Positions 1 to 12,845 of a DNA stretch of 64,000 bases are shown here, piece after piece. Position 1 is the first letter of the stretch. Each line of letters begins with the position of its first letter. The translations under genes were made by a program, and so were the position numbers. This stretch comes from Zygnema circumcarinatum SAG 698-1b (Eukaryota > Plantae > Zygnematophyceae), in contig CM074804.1 in assembly GCA_037447605.1 (NCBI GenBank), forward strand, positions 4,441,909 through 4,505,908. The letters are read 5' to 3'. The notes beneath the pieces are model-generated. The model was not told the origin of the DNA. It was given only the letters and a program-made list of their open reading frames with translations, and did not search any database.

Positions 1-416
1 GGCTCTCGTCATACAGGTCAGCGCTTGGGGAAAATAACAATGGGAAATGAGGAGAGAGAGAGAGAGAGAGCAGAAAGCAGACAGCAGAGAGAGCAGAAAG
101 TGCAGTGTGAGAGAGAGAGACAGACAGAGAGACAGAGAGTGAGAGAACGGATTTTTGGGATTCTAAAAAGTCTTAAGTTGTTAAGGTGCTTGTTTGTTCG
201 TGAGAAATCCTGCACAGGTCGGACCCATCGCAACCTTCTCCCTCTCTCTCCCACTCTCTCTCGGCCTCTCTCTCCCCTCCCCGTCCCTCCCTCCCTTGTT
301 TTGTGTGAAATGGACTACAGGGCAATTCTCCCGAGGAGCTCCCTGAGTTCGTGCTCGCATGCGCCCGTGTCTGCCAGCTGGACTTCAGTGGTGCTGCCAC
401 GTTGGCAACAGAGTAG
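1..416 (+). CDS. Last two exons (<1-16, 321-416) of an EDR2-like protein (DUF1336/EDR2 C-terminal domain); 5' partial
   Basis: A GT-AG splice gives ALVIQ|GNSPEELPEFVLACARVCQLDFSGAATLATE*, resembling the DUF1336 C-terminus (FLIQGNTxEELPExLLGxxRxxxLDxSxA). Not present in the ORF track. Confidence 0.75.
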
Positions 417-1564
417 GGCTGTCTGTTGGGTTTGGGGATTGTAAAGTAGTGAGGAACCATGTATGGTGTATGTATGTATGCTATGTATTTAAGGTGAATG
501 TGCAGAATATATTTTCAAAGAGGGGATAGGCAGCCTTTTGGCAGGGGATGCTTGGAAAGTGGAGTAGGGAAGATTTTAGGATTCGCTCACACCTCTTGCA
601 TTTGCATGTGGTAAATAATATTTGCGGCCACTTTTCACGTATGAAGTTCAGCTAGCAATCGCAGACTCCTCTTGTAAACTGGCGGATTTGCATGTGTTTC
701 CTTTCAGAGTCGAGTGGTTTATGCTGATTCACAAAAGGTTCGCTGGTAACCTGTACCTAGTCAAGCTATTAATGACACCAGGGCAGTAATCGGCAAATGA
801 TTGTACTCGCAGATAGTGCAATAATATTTACATATACAACACTGATATTGCTGACATGCTGAAATAGTAACGTCAATGTAAATTATTGTCGTAAAACCCA
901 CAATGCCACTGCGAAATTTCGAGTCGCACAAGCTGGCGTAAGCCCGTGCCGTACAGCCCTCAGCGCGTGCGCAGGCCACGGATCGGAGCGGCCTTCAACG
1001 CGCCGTGACAGGCCGTCACGCATTCACATGTCCAGATTCCGACGACTGCTAGAACTGTTTACTGCGTCTCCATGCGCAATCGCCAGAACTGCGCGCACAG
1101 AACTTGTCGTTCCGCGCGACGGCGCATGGAACGCGGCGCGCTGCATGGCCCGGCGCGACCCGCCGCGAGCGAGCGCAGAGAGAGAAAAGGAGAGAGCGGG
1201 AGAGGGCGCATGCGCTCGCGCGGGGAGCTGCCACGTCGCGGGCGAGCGCAGGGGTGCACGACATCCGGCCGATATAGCGCGGGCGGCGGGGGCCGTTAGA
1301 GCGTCGGAAGGGACGCCCGAGGTGCGTGCTGCTGTTGCTACGTGGCGTAGGCAGCAGGACGTCAGCCATGGCTGGCTGAGTGGGGTAGCAGTAGCAGGAG
1401 GTAGCGCAGAATTCCCTCCCTCCCTCCCTTCCTGCCTCCCCCGCCATCGCCTTCTCCAGCAGGAGGCAGCAGGTGGTACTTGTCGTGTGCATATGCTGTC
1501 TCGAGTCCTTATTGCGCGCGTAGGTCAGTTTCGGGTTCCGTAGAGCAGCGCAGAGCAGGGCAGC

Positions 1565-4500
1565 ATGGAGAGGGCGAGCGATCTCAATGGCGTGCTGACC
1601 ATGGACCTGCGGTGGCTGGCGTGCGTGAAGAGCCGCGTGTACATGATCCCGTCCTCGAGCGAGCGCGCAGACCGCGAGAGCTACCAGCCCGTGCTCGACC
1701 TCATCGGGGACTCCAGCGTCGTGCTCATCGGGGAGGGGTAGGGTTCAGGGCCGGTGGGAGGGGCTGGATTTAAGGAAATTTGGGAAGGGGGGAATCGTAA
1801 AGAGGTTAAGGGGAAGGGTGGAGGGAGACGATAGGGATCAAGAAAAAAGACGGGGCAGAGAGGAAGGGACAAGGCTTCAGGGAAAGAAATAGGGGATGGG
1901 TCTCAGGGGAAACGAGGGGGGCGGGGGTCGCGGGGGACAGAAGTGTCAGTGGAAGAGGGGATTTTCGAAGGTAGAATTTCCGAGAGGGGAAGAGGGGAAG
2001 AGGGGAGGCGGTAGGAGGGAGGGAGGGAGAGAGGGCCTGGTTGGAAGGAAGGAGTGTGGGGGGAGGTAGAGAGGTGGAAGGAGAGTGGAAGGTCGGAGAC
2101 TGGGAGAAGATGGTTTGAGGGATGGGGTTGGAACTGAGAAATTAGGGCTTTATTGTTTTTAGGGTTATTAGGGGATGTGGGAGGGGCTGACGGGAGGAGG
2201 GGAGGATGAGAAAGAGAGAAACAGAGAGGGAAGGCAGGTGCTGTGTAAGGGGCCAGGGGCGGAGGAGATGAAGGGACAGGGTGGGGAGGAAAGGGGGAGG
2301 GAGAGGAGAGAGAAAAGAAAGAGAGGGGGAGAGAGAGCGGAGGGGATGTGAGGAGGGCTTTTAGATAGCCACCGTGAGCGGGCTCTACTTCGTTTTTTCT
2401 CTGATGGGATATTTGGTTATTTTTTTCCCTCAGAACACACGGAACAGCAGACTTTTTCCAAGAGAGGCAGAAGATCACCAAGTGGCTCATTGAGGAAAAG
2501 GTAAAGCTTCTGTAACGTTTCAATTATTGGATGGTGAATGATAAATTTTACGAACCTCTGATCCTATTTGGATATTTCTTTCCTTTATGTTCTCAAACAT
2601 TTCAATTGTGGACGAACTCAGGATGGAAAAGAAAATGTTTTTCCATTCTTTCTTCTTTTTCTGTGCGTGATTTTTTGTTTTTTTCAGAATTTCACCATGC
2701 TTTGCGTGGAAGCTGATTGGCTGGACGCCCAGAAATGTCACTGCTATGTTCAAAACTTGGAGCACGTCGCCTCTGCAGAAGAGGCGCTCTCCGGATTTCA
2801 GCGGTTTCCTTCGTGGATGTGGCGAAATAAAGTGCGTTTTTTCAATTCTTTTTGAAAATGAGATATAGTCAATCTACGGCACATCTGTATGGGGATTTCA
2901 TATTTCTGAAATTTCAGGAGGGGCCAGAGTTCAGGGAGGGTGTGGTTTGTTGTAAAGGCGAGAGAAGAAAGAGGGGAGAAAGTCGGGAAGGGAGGAGGGG
3001 TACTGAAGTACAGCCAAACAGATTTGACTTCCGTCTTGTGAATGTTGGCTGTATTCACCTGATCTTCTTTCATGGAGGATATGACCCTCTCTTACTTTTA
3101 GAGCAGTGGAGACCTCCTGAAGCTAAGAGACAGTTGCTTTCAAACTTCTAGCGGAAGCAGGTCAAGGCCTATATAATTCGTTAAGGAAAAAGCTGTTGCG
3201 TGTAGAGTCTTTCCGTACTGCTAACCAGCTAACCAACCACATGCATGCCAGTAATGAAGGTGCAATGATGATGATAAGAATGACGACGTTGTTCGAGCTA
3301 ATGTTGAAGCTAAAAAAAAAAAGGCGTTTTCATGTGTTTTGCCGTCAAGCAACAGTGTGTTTCAGTATTTTGGAAGCTTGTAAATTGCATGTCACTGCAG
3401 GTCATGAGGTCTTCTTTTTTGTGTTTTCTCAAGATTTCTAACCATTTTTTAGTTGTTCTCCATCATTGTGCACGTGTGGATAGATTCATGCAGCGGTACT
3501 GAACTCATCACTGTGTATGTGGGGCAACGGAAGAGAGTGAGGAGTAAGAGTGAGAAGGTACAGATATAGCGGAGGGTAGAGATTTACTGGAAAGGGGCTG
3601 AAGGCTGGGGAGAAGAGAAGCATACAAGAAGATAGGAGGTGGAAGGGAGATAGTGGAAAGGGGAGGGGAAGAGAAGAGAGTGCGAAGGAGGGAACGGGAG
3701 AGAGAAATTGCAAAGAGACATACGGAAAGAAAAATAACATACAGAGAGCGAGTAGAGAGAAGGATAGAAGAGAGATAGAGAGAGAGATAGAGGGAGCGGG
3801 AGGGAGAGAGGTGGGGTTGAAATCTGACTTACCTTTGCAGGGGACATTCCAAACGTCGCTTCACTTTTTTCACCTCGTACCCACTTTGTCGTTCAAAAAC
3901 AACATGAAAATAAAATCTTCAACCCTCTCTCCCCTCACTCCCTCCCTCCCCGTCCTCCCTCCTTTCCTCCCTTCCCCTCCGTTCCTTCCTGTTTTTTTCC
4001 TCCCTGTCCCCCCCTCCGCTCTCTCTCCATCTCTCCCCCCCCTCCCCACACACAGGAAGTGAAGCAGTTCTTGGAGTGGCTCCGAGATCGCAACAGCAAA
4101 ATTCTCCGTCAGGCGGAGGAGGGAGGCGACAAGAGAGAGCAAATGGAGAAGCTGGTGGGGTTCTATGGACTGGACATTTACAGCATGCAGGCGTCTCTCT
4201 TGGCTCTCAAAAGTTACTTGGAGGAGAAATATCCGGAAATTGCGAAGAAGGTTTTGGAGCATTACGATGACCTCTCTGTGCGGGGAGTACCGGCCCTTAG
4301 AGAGGACAGTCCGGACTTGCGGGACTTAGCCAACAGTCCGGTCGTGGAGCAGCTGCTGAGCATGTTGGAGCAGGTGAGCTGTCGAAGTTACCATAAGAGA
4401 TGTAGGGATTGATTGACTATGGTTAATAAGGTATTGCTCGTTAAATCGCTAGCTCCCTAAGCGGGATTAAAGCTGCATTTTTTGCTAAACGAGAAGGATT

Positions 4501-6831
4501 ATTTCTGAACAAGCGGCATCTGAAAGTATGCTATCGTTAGAGAGACTGTTGTTCCATGTCGAGATACAGTGCTGTTTTGAGGTGTGTCTGCAATCCGGAA
4601 GTTTTTTGTGTCTTTTTGAAGGAGTTGGACCTTCGGGGGTTTCGCGGTTTCTAATGTTTTGGTTACGCTTTGGGTTTTAGGACTTTGACGATTAGTTGAT
4701 TCCTCTCTTGGTTTTGTTTCCCTGACTGTAGGCAGGAAAAAAGCTTTTAGAGGAACCATGCAGCGAAGATGCTCGCGTTGCCTCCGACTTGTACTTCTAC
4801 GCTCAGCAGGTGAGATCTCTCTCTCTTTCTCACTCTTTCTCGCTCGTTCTCACTCTCTCTCTCCCTCTCTCCCTCTCCATATTTCTCTCTCCTCTCCGCC
4901 TCCACCTGAACGCGCATCCGACGGCAGCGCGTGATGGTCGGAATGGAGGCGCCTCCAGTTCCAAGCAGCCGCTTACTTAGCCGCTATTGTTAAGCCGCCA
5001 ATTTGTTAGTCAATTTAGTCACACTTTTTTAACCGCGGGAAAAAAAATAGTCATGGGCATAAGATCCATTTTCTAATTTCTTCATTCGTGCGTTTTCGTC
5101 GCATTGTGCTTCTGTACTACAATTCATACACCCCCTCCACCCCTCGCCTATTCACTCGTCCCTCCTCGCCCTATCTCCTCTGTTCCCTTTCCCACCCCCC
5201 TCTCGCCATCTTCTCTACTCTTCCTCCACTCTTACTCGCACTCTCCGCCTATCCCTTTCTCCCCTTTTTCCCTCTTCTCTTGACCTCCCAATTTCCCCTG
5301 TTTTATCCTTCCCCGCCCTTCCCTTCCTTTCTCCCTGCTCTCTCCCCTCTCCACCCCTTTCCCTCATCCCTGTCTCTCCCTTTTCCTCCCTCGCTCTTCC
5401 CCTTTTTCTCTCTCTCCCCTCTTCCCTCACCTCCCCCTCCTCTCCCTCCCCTTCTTCCGTCCCTCCGCCCTCCTCCACCCTCTCCGCCGGTCCCCATCCA
5501 CAACCCCCTCCAATCTCCCCTTCTCCCTTCATATTTCTCCGTTTCCCTCCCTCCCTCTCGCGCTCCTCTCTCAACCCATCCCCCCCTCTCTCCCACCCCC
5601 CTCTCCCCCCCCATCAGAACGCCCGCATCATGGCGAACGCCCGGTCGTACTACCGCGCCCTCCTTCAGGGCGGGCAGGCTGCATGGAACGTGCGCGAGCA
5701 GCACATGTTCCAAACCTTCATGGCGCTGCTTTCGCACGTGCGCTCACCCCCCGGCGGGCGCAAGGCCCCCGCGAAGGCGGTGGTGTGGGCGCACAACGTT
5801 CACGTTGGGGACGCACGGGGGATGGAGATGGGCTGGAAGGGTGCGCTTAGCCTCGGCCAGATGGTGCGGGAACGTTCCGGACTCGCCTCCGTCAGCGTCG
5901 GATTCAGCACCTACGAGGTGGGGGAGGGGGGGGGGGGAGAGGGGGAACTTGAGGGAAGAGGGAAAGGGCTTTAAACAAATCCTTCATTCGTAAAGTTAGT
6001 TCATCGTGTTTCTGTAAGTTGAAGGGTGGAGTTTTGGCTTGACTAGCCCGTGTTTGTTTACTTCGTCCTTCCTTTGGTATTTTTAGTTCTTGTATTGATA
6101 ACCTTTCATTTGAAGGAGTGTTTTGGGAGGGGGGTCCAACGGCAGGGCACTCTCACAACGGCGGACGAGTGGGGTGGAGAGCCGAAGACGTATACGCTGA
6201 AGCCCGCGAAGCTGGGCAGCTATGAAGAGATTTTTCATAGTCTTGAGCTTCCAAGGTTCGTGCTGCATCTCGGTTCGGTTCCTTTCAAGGACCCCACCTT
6301 GCTTCAGGTACTTTCCTTTTTCCGAATAACCTTATGTACTCTCTCTCTCTCTCCCCCCCCCCTCTCTCTCTCTCACTCTCTCTCTCTCTGTCTTTCTTTC
6401 CCCCCACTCTCCCTACCTCCCTTCCACTCTTCTTCTCTCTCTCCCTTTCGCCCTCTTATCTCCCTCTCACCCACTCTCAAATACTAACTTTTTGCATGTG
6501 AGCATGTCACCTTTTACTGCAAGTTTAATCCATTTCTCCGTCATGGAGTACGGGAAAGGAGGCGGCTACATGCCTAAATTGCTTTATCAAGCGTATAGAT
6601 TGCGATGGTTATCTTCAGAAGGTTATTTTTTTTGTGTTGAATGAACTTGAACCATTAACTCGGCTTACTCGCAATCACGTGGAAACGGATTTTTGCGGTT
6701 TCCAGCGTGAAATAGGCGTGCTCTATAAGCCCGATAAGGAAGACATGTGCCACTACTTCCATGCGAAGCTCTCCGACCAGTTCGACGTCATCATCCATAT
6801 CGACAAGTCGCATGCCGTGGAACCGTTGTGA
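1565..6831 (+). CDS. Erythromycin esterase family (EreA/EreB-like) protein, 8 exons: 1565-1737, 2434-2500, 2688-2831, 4056-4373, 4732-4809, 5618-5917, 6146-6307, 6706-6831
   Basis: The spliced protein carries the family motifs in order: VVLIGEG|THGTADFFQERQKITKWLIEEK, VEADWLDA, FQRFPSWMWRN, VGFYGLDIYSM, WNVREQHM, AVVWAHNVHVGDAR, LSLGQMVRE, ADEWG, REIGVLYKP, HYFHAKLSDQFDVIIHID. All junctions are GT-AG and in frame. Confidence 0.9.
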
Positions 6832-8872
6832 CCGACACAGTTTTAGTCAGTCAGAACGGCATCTCCGTTAGCGGGCCCTGCAGAGAGTTGGGAGGTCATT
6901 GCTTTTAGAAAGAGGACGCCACCAGCGCTACATTGGAAGGAGGACACTTTCTCTTTTGTTTGGGTAGACTTTTCCTTTCTCTTGTTAGATCACAACCTTT
7001 TTTTCCTTTTCGATGTGTGTTTTCTCGACACGTGCAGAGGGTCGATGGATGCGGGTGTGAACACAAAGGTCCCTTCTCCATGCTAAAGAGATTAAGGATT
7101 GCTAAGCTAAGGCAATGTCAAGTATAACTCACTGCAGCAATGCTCACACAAGTCATGTTTACGAGAACACACCAACAAGATATAATCAGCAGAGCAATGC
7201 CGAGCAACCTTTCCACTCAGTTATATAGAGATGGCTACAAGGGTAACAATTCATACATTTTAGAGAAATCTACTCCTTAGCCCACTTGAGAGTACACCCT
7301 AAATTTGCCAAGCCATATGCACATAAATAAGTTGACAATCAACATGGTCACATTTTTCGCAACGCGTACTTAGCCTAATTGTCTCGATGCTCTCAGCACT
7401 TCACCTGACCTTCCATCGCATGAAAGTTGCCACAGCCATGATGATGAGCCATGATGTCTGCATCCCTCTGTGGCTGTCACGCTTCTCCTCGCGGCTACGC
7501 TAATGCCCAGGCATCCCTTTCGGCAGGCCTCTGCCACCAAATCTACCCAAATGGGCTGGCAATCTACAAGGCCAAATTTGTGACAACCCTGACCTAGATT
7601 AGCCGCACGATTCCCTTTGCAGTTCGCCTGAGCTTCCATCATGTGTTGCCATAACCAGCAACGTCCGCACGATGTTTGCCTTTAATGTCGGTCCATGTGG
7701 CAACCCTAATGCTAAGTCATCCCTTTCGGCATGCCTCTTCCACCTACCGGTTGTCCCCCAACAGCGCCCTCCATTCACTTGCCGTACGTGAATCCATACT
7801 TTCATCTGGACGTACATGCACGGGATCCTGTCATTTCAACACAATCATGCTTAGGAAAGAGCATCATCTTAGGACCAAAAAAATTGGAGGGATTAGACGT
7901 GGAAAAGAAGAGACAAAAATGGCGAGGAGAGAGAGGGATGTGAGGGGAGAGAGAGGGAGACTTCTAGTTGATGTCTGGTGAGATCAAGGCATTCTAAATT
8001 CCTGAACATTGGGGCAGGTCAATAAACAGCAGCAGTAAGAAGCACCTTTGGTTCTACTGAGCGGATGGCTGGAAGGACCGTTCTCTCAGTCAAATAGTTA
8101 CTAGGAAAAATTACAAGAGGGAACCAAAGAAAAAAACCTTTGTTGTCGATTTTAAGATTTGATTTGCTTTTTACTTTTTTCAGCATGGCTGCTGTTTGGA
8201 GGCAACGGCTAACCATTGAATCACGCTGGGCATTAAGAATTAGACTACATTTAATTCGCATAATCGCATTTGAAGCACCGCACCCATTCGAAGGCACGAT
8301 ATACATGATTGCAAACTCAATCTTCCGCTGGACAGCAATTAACATCTATATTAGCTCTTTTTGTATCATCTTACCGTGGAAAAAGGCGTGTTGCATGACA
8401 GTGATTTTGGGATTCTTTTGTTGAGCATGTCAACAAAAGAATCGATTCCTCACTACCAGCATCAGACACGTGTCCTACGACCTCTGCCTATACCGTACAA
8501 GCGTCCCAAACCTCATGCCGTCTGAACCCTCGCTCAAGTGCAGCCTGCAGGATAGTGCTGCCACTGTCCACTGTCTCTGTCCGATCCAATGCTTGGCTGC
8601 CTGCTAAACCCTAAATCCGTAGCTCTGCACCGATCACCAGATGACCACCTTTCGTCCAAAAATTTCCCCTAAGAGCACCTCGCGCAATTGATTTCGACTT
8701 AGCTCACATTTTCCTGACGCCAAATACGGTACGGTAGCAACCCGAGCAACGGTTCCACTGCTCCGATGAATTTGAACGAGAGCCAAATTGTGAGCTCAAG
8801 AAAATCAAACCGACAAAGGTGGCCGTGCGTGGCCCTCAGCACTCCTCCCCCTCTCTCTGCGGCCTTGCCTCC

Positions 8873-11800
8873 CTATCTCTCACTCCGTGACTCTCCTCTC
8901 TGCTCTCCTCCTCGCCCTCCTACCTCCCCTCCCATAGGAAAAACAACTTCAGCACCCCGTCTCCCTTCCAGCAATGCCTCTCCCTCCCTAACCACCTCGA
9001 GCTGCGGTAAGCTTACACCCGACCCCGACCTTACAATGCTCTCCAAAGTCCCTTCAGTGTATCCCGCCATAGATGTCGTAATTCCTCTCCCACCATACCC
9101 ATACCCCTCTCCGCTTAAACCCTGCACTGGGCCCTCTCCCCCCTCCACCGGCTCCAACGCATACCAGGTGCCCGTACCCGCTGACCCACCGCTTGCAGGC
9201 ACATATAAAATCGGTATCTCCGACTGCAAATCCGTCAGAGCATATCTTCCAGGGGCGGCTCCTTGAAGTTGCTGTCCTGAGCTTTCCCATAGAGCCGCTG
9301 CAGAATTTATCGGCTGCTGTATCCCAGCCAAAGGGTACAGGATCTGAACATCTACTCCACTTTGATACTGGGGGTAGAAAGAAGTGGAGCAAGGTTGAAT
9401 TTCTGGTGGAGATACTAATTGCAGCGGCGCACTCGCATCTCCCCTGAACCCCAGCACTTGTGGAACCTGAGGTGGGGCCTGAATTCGGGCCCACATTCCA
9501 GCGTGAAGTGGAAATTGAACTGCACCCTGACTTGGAAACTGAACCTGAACTGCAGGCTGACTTGGTAGCTGAATTGGTGGCTGAACTGCAGGCTGAATTG
9601 GGGTCTGACTTTCAGCTTGCGTTGGGGGCTGAATTGGTCCCTGGAAAGCGGCCTGCATTTGGGCCTGAATTGCAGCCTGAATTGAAGCCTGAGTTGGGGT
9701 TTGGGTTTGAGCGACAAGGAAGCTATTGCTAGTGCTTGAAATAGGATCACTTGGAGGTCTTATGGGGCTATGTATGCGCCGAGGAACAGGGGCTCTGAGG
9801 AGGCTTTGAACTGCAGACTCGAATAGGCTGGGGGAGGGAATATCGATTCCACTGACTGAAGGTTGAGGAGGAATTTGCGAGAACAAGGAAGGAAGAGAGC
9901 CTTCGCTTGCGACTCCCGGAAAGGCAGTTCGCCAGAGGTCAAGTCCTGCTCGCAGGTGCTCTTCATACCGTTCTGTGTACAAGTAGATCAGGGAGATTAG
10001 TGAAATGGAAGAGAGAAGAGGGCGTGCGAGAGAAAAGCAGAGATAAAGTCAAACCAGTAGCACCCTCGCGCACTTTGACGGGAATGAAACTAGCAGGAGA
10101 TTCAGGGAATTGCTTGGAACTCACTCACTTAACATAGAACAAACAGGAAGGCAACTTCTGCGAAGGGAAATAGAGTACAGGGAGAAAGAAAATGGAAGAG
10201 TGGAGGAATATCATCATCAAGTTACCTCGTCGATGACGATTCATGTGGCCGCCAAGGGCACGCGATCTGCTGAACCTCCTCCCACAAAACCTGCCAGCTA
10301 CAGATGAACACGTGTCAGCTGCATCCTCCCAGCCCTTGCAGAATTCTTTTGCATGAACATGACCTTGCAGGGGAAATGCCTTGGCTTGAAACTGACCAAA
10401 TATTGTGCCGCGACTCAACTCATGCTCGTTGTAAAGTGGCTACTCACCGGCAGACGTACTTCCCTCCGTCTCTCTGAACTCCCCCCTGTTGGCTGAACTC
10501 TGTCTCTCTCCCTCTTTGCACTGCTCCGTCACTACCTGTTCCCCCATCATGTGATTTTCCCCTTGTTGAACAGTAAGCCCTCGTTCTGCGAAATATCGTT
10601 CATCATCTGCTTCCAGTATGAAGCGCCTCTCCTCTATCATTCCCTTCAATAATCAACAATAACCCGCTATTAAACCCCTAACTCTGCTACCACCCACCTG
10701 TAAACCCAGACTCTCCTTCGTCATGAGGAGCTTCTGCGGGCCCTTCTCCCCCTCCTCCCGCCACTTCGCCACTTTGCCTTCCCTCCACGCTCGGAATCGC
10801 TGCGAATACTTCCCCCGCCGGCAGAGAGGGTGGCCCCAATGCAGCACTCTGACGAGCACCTGACATTTCCATGCTGCCGGACGAGCTTCCAGAACCTTCC
10901 TCTGAAGCTCTGCCGGTAAAGCGAAGGCGACTTTCTGCCCCCCTGATAATGCCCGAGCCATATCCAAAGTCTCTGCGAGCATCATTTGGCGGGAGTTTCA
11001 ATCTCCTTGTATATTCCATTGAGGAGTTTTCAGGCAATGTAACGGTTGCCATTTGAGTGGATCTGGATGTTGTCATGGTTTCAGGTCTTGTTGAAGGTAG
11101 AGGTTGGCTGATTTCCTCTGTCGAAGGCATGGGAAGAATCCAAGGAGCTGCTTCCGTCCATGCAGTAACCCTACCACTGGCAAAGGAAACAAAATCGCAT
11201 CTGAGTACTTTATAAACCCCAACCAATGACGATACATGTACGTAAGGAGCAACAAAACCCGCCCAGAAAGCATACATAAAGCAGAAGTTTAGCAGGAACA
11301 TACCTCGACACGATGCGAGCGACATCTCGTTCATTTGGATTCCCTTGAAATGAAAGCTGGTTGCTGCTGGAAGATGCTGCCTTTGGAGGCAATCCCGAGA
11401 GGCCCTTCAGAGGTGCGAGCAGAGGCACTCCAAATAGGCGAACGGTCTTTCTCTTCGGATTCTCCCTCTCAATCTCTATCCCTCCCTCCCCATTTTGCGC
11501 TGATCCTGATGCAATTCGCGGAGGCAGTCTCCACATAACAGCATTTCTTAAAGCCGTTTTTGCCCTGTCGATCGCATCCTGCTTGTCCTTTTCCGTCTCG
11601 TACTCCTCCCTCCAACCACTTGCTCCCACATCTCTCTCAGCTCCCGTTCGCTTGAAACCCCTCTCGCTCTGTCTAGAATCAGACCGATATCCGAAAGGTC
11701 CGGCCTCGTCAACCTTTTGCTTTCCTCGTTGCTTCGCCTTCTTGGCTTGCTCGAGCTGCTCCTCATTTTGAACTGACTCTGCCTCTTTACTCTCTGTAGT

Positions 11801-11875
11801 CCGACCGCTTGATTCGGAGCCCTCGGGGTTTCCTTGTCCTTCTCCTTGCCCTTCGGACTGAACCCCGGAAGCCAT
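8873..11875 (-). CDS. Single C2H2 zinc-finger transcription factor, JAGGED/NUBBIN-like, with an RLFGV repression motif and a Q/P-rich C-terminus; ~5 exons (~11875-11304, ~11174-10699, ~10613-10448, 10291-10226, ~9972-8873)
   Basis: Splicing rebuilds GKYVCR|FCGRRFSRSRALGGHMNRHRR|ERYEEHLRAGLDL, a variant of the plant QALGGH finger. Exon 1 contains VRLFGVPL. The start and internal exons are less certain than the finger. Confidence 0.75.
9440..9720 (-). repeat. Degenerate coding minisatellite encoding QPPIQ/QPAVQ repeats
   Basis: Recurrent ctgcaggctgaattg / gcctgaattg units; the protein reads QAAIQAQMQAAFQGPIQPPTQAESQTPIQPAVQPPIQLPSQPAVQ. Confidence 0.7.
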
Positions 11876-12737
11876 GGCTGGACCACGGGCATGCTCAAAA
11901 GGTGCAGAATGTAAGGTCCATAGAGTCAGCTGCTGCTGAGTTCGTCGAGTGAAGCTCCACCCACTTAACGAGGTGGAGAAGGTCCCACTGCTTCTCCGAA
12001 AGCTGCAAATTAAAATTATGAAAGCGGGTTTAGATTGTAGGAGAGTTGCAGAGGGAAGACAACGCTGCAGCAGAGTTATCTCAATAAGTATCTCACCGTG
12101 TACATGATTGGAGTAGCAATCGCCCTCGCTGCCGGAGAAGGGAGAAAGAGGCTTGCATAGCCACAGGTTGAACATGAAACAAAGGTGCTCCATAGCCTCT
12201 GTTGAAAAATATCTTCGGCGCTCTGAAGTGCTGCAATCGCTGAGCAGGCAGGGGGGGAAACAAAGAGGACGAAGCAAGCGGCTCGCTGGAAAGCTTGTCA
12301 ATTGCACGGAGCAGCCGCGAAATATCTGGACAAACCTCAACAGAAGGAAGGGAGGCTCTTGAGGCACTTTACATTTGAGATGTTGGGAATTAAATCACGC
12401 AAACATGTCGCATCAATACAGGGATTCACCAAACATCACCCTTGGAAGTCCGCAGATATCCAGCTTTGACTGCTTTTAAAATAAACGACTTGTTACTTGC
12501 AAGTATCCAAAAGCAGAACTCGGCTCAAGCGCTAAGAAAGGTGTTTTTTTCGGTTGATTGATTCATGCAAGGAGAGCGGCTGCACGGCCAAGCTCCAATA
12601 TTTGCAGGATGACCGCGTAAAGCATCAAAATTACATCTTGAAAACTATGCACAAACGCCATAGCAGAGCAGGCTGCGATGAATATCTTGGGAAGCGGGTG
12701 TAAAGTTGGGGGGTGGAGGGGGGGCCGGTGGGGGGGA

Positions 12738-12754
12738 AGAGAGANNNNNNNNNN

Positions 12755-12786
<32 letters not shown>

Positions 12787-12845
12787 TTGAGAGAGAGAGA
12801 GCAAGAGAGAGAGAGAGAGAGGGCGAGGGAGCGAGAGAGAGCGAG
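12738..12845. repeat. (GA)n microsatellite containing a 10-N assembly gap (12745-12754)
   Basis: Directly visible. Confidence 0.95.

Noticed and set aside
1903-2523. Long P/S/L-rich or E/R/G-rich ORFs (also 5088-5993, 35447-36290, 37462-38293, 60481-61344)
   Set aside because: Stop-free artefacts of GA/CT low-complexity introns, the MITE interior or antisense strands.
7370-8430. Short intergenic ORFs and a 14-bp repeat (catccctttcggca at ~7513 and ~7718)
   Set aside because: No recognisable domain or consistent splice model.
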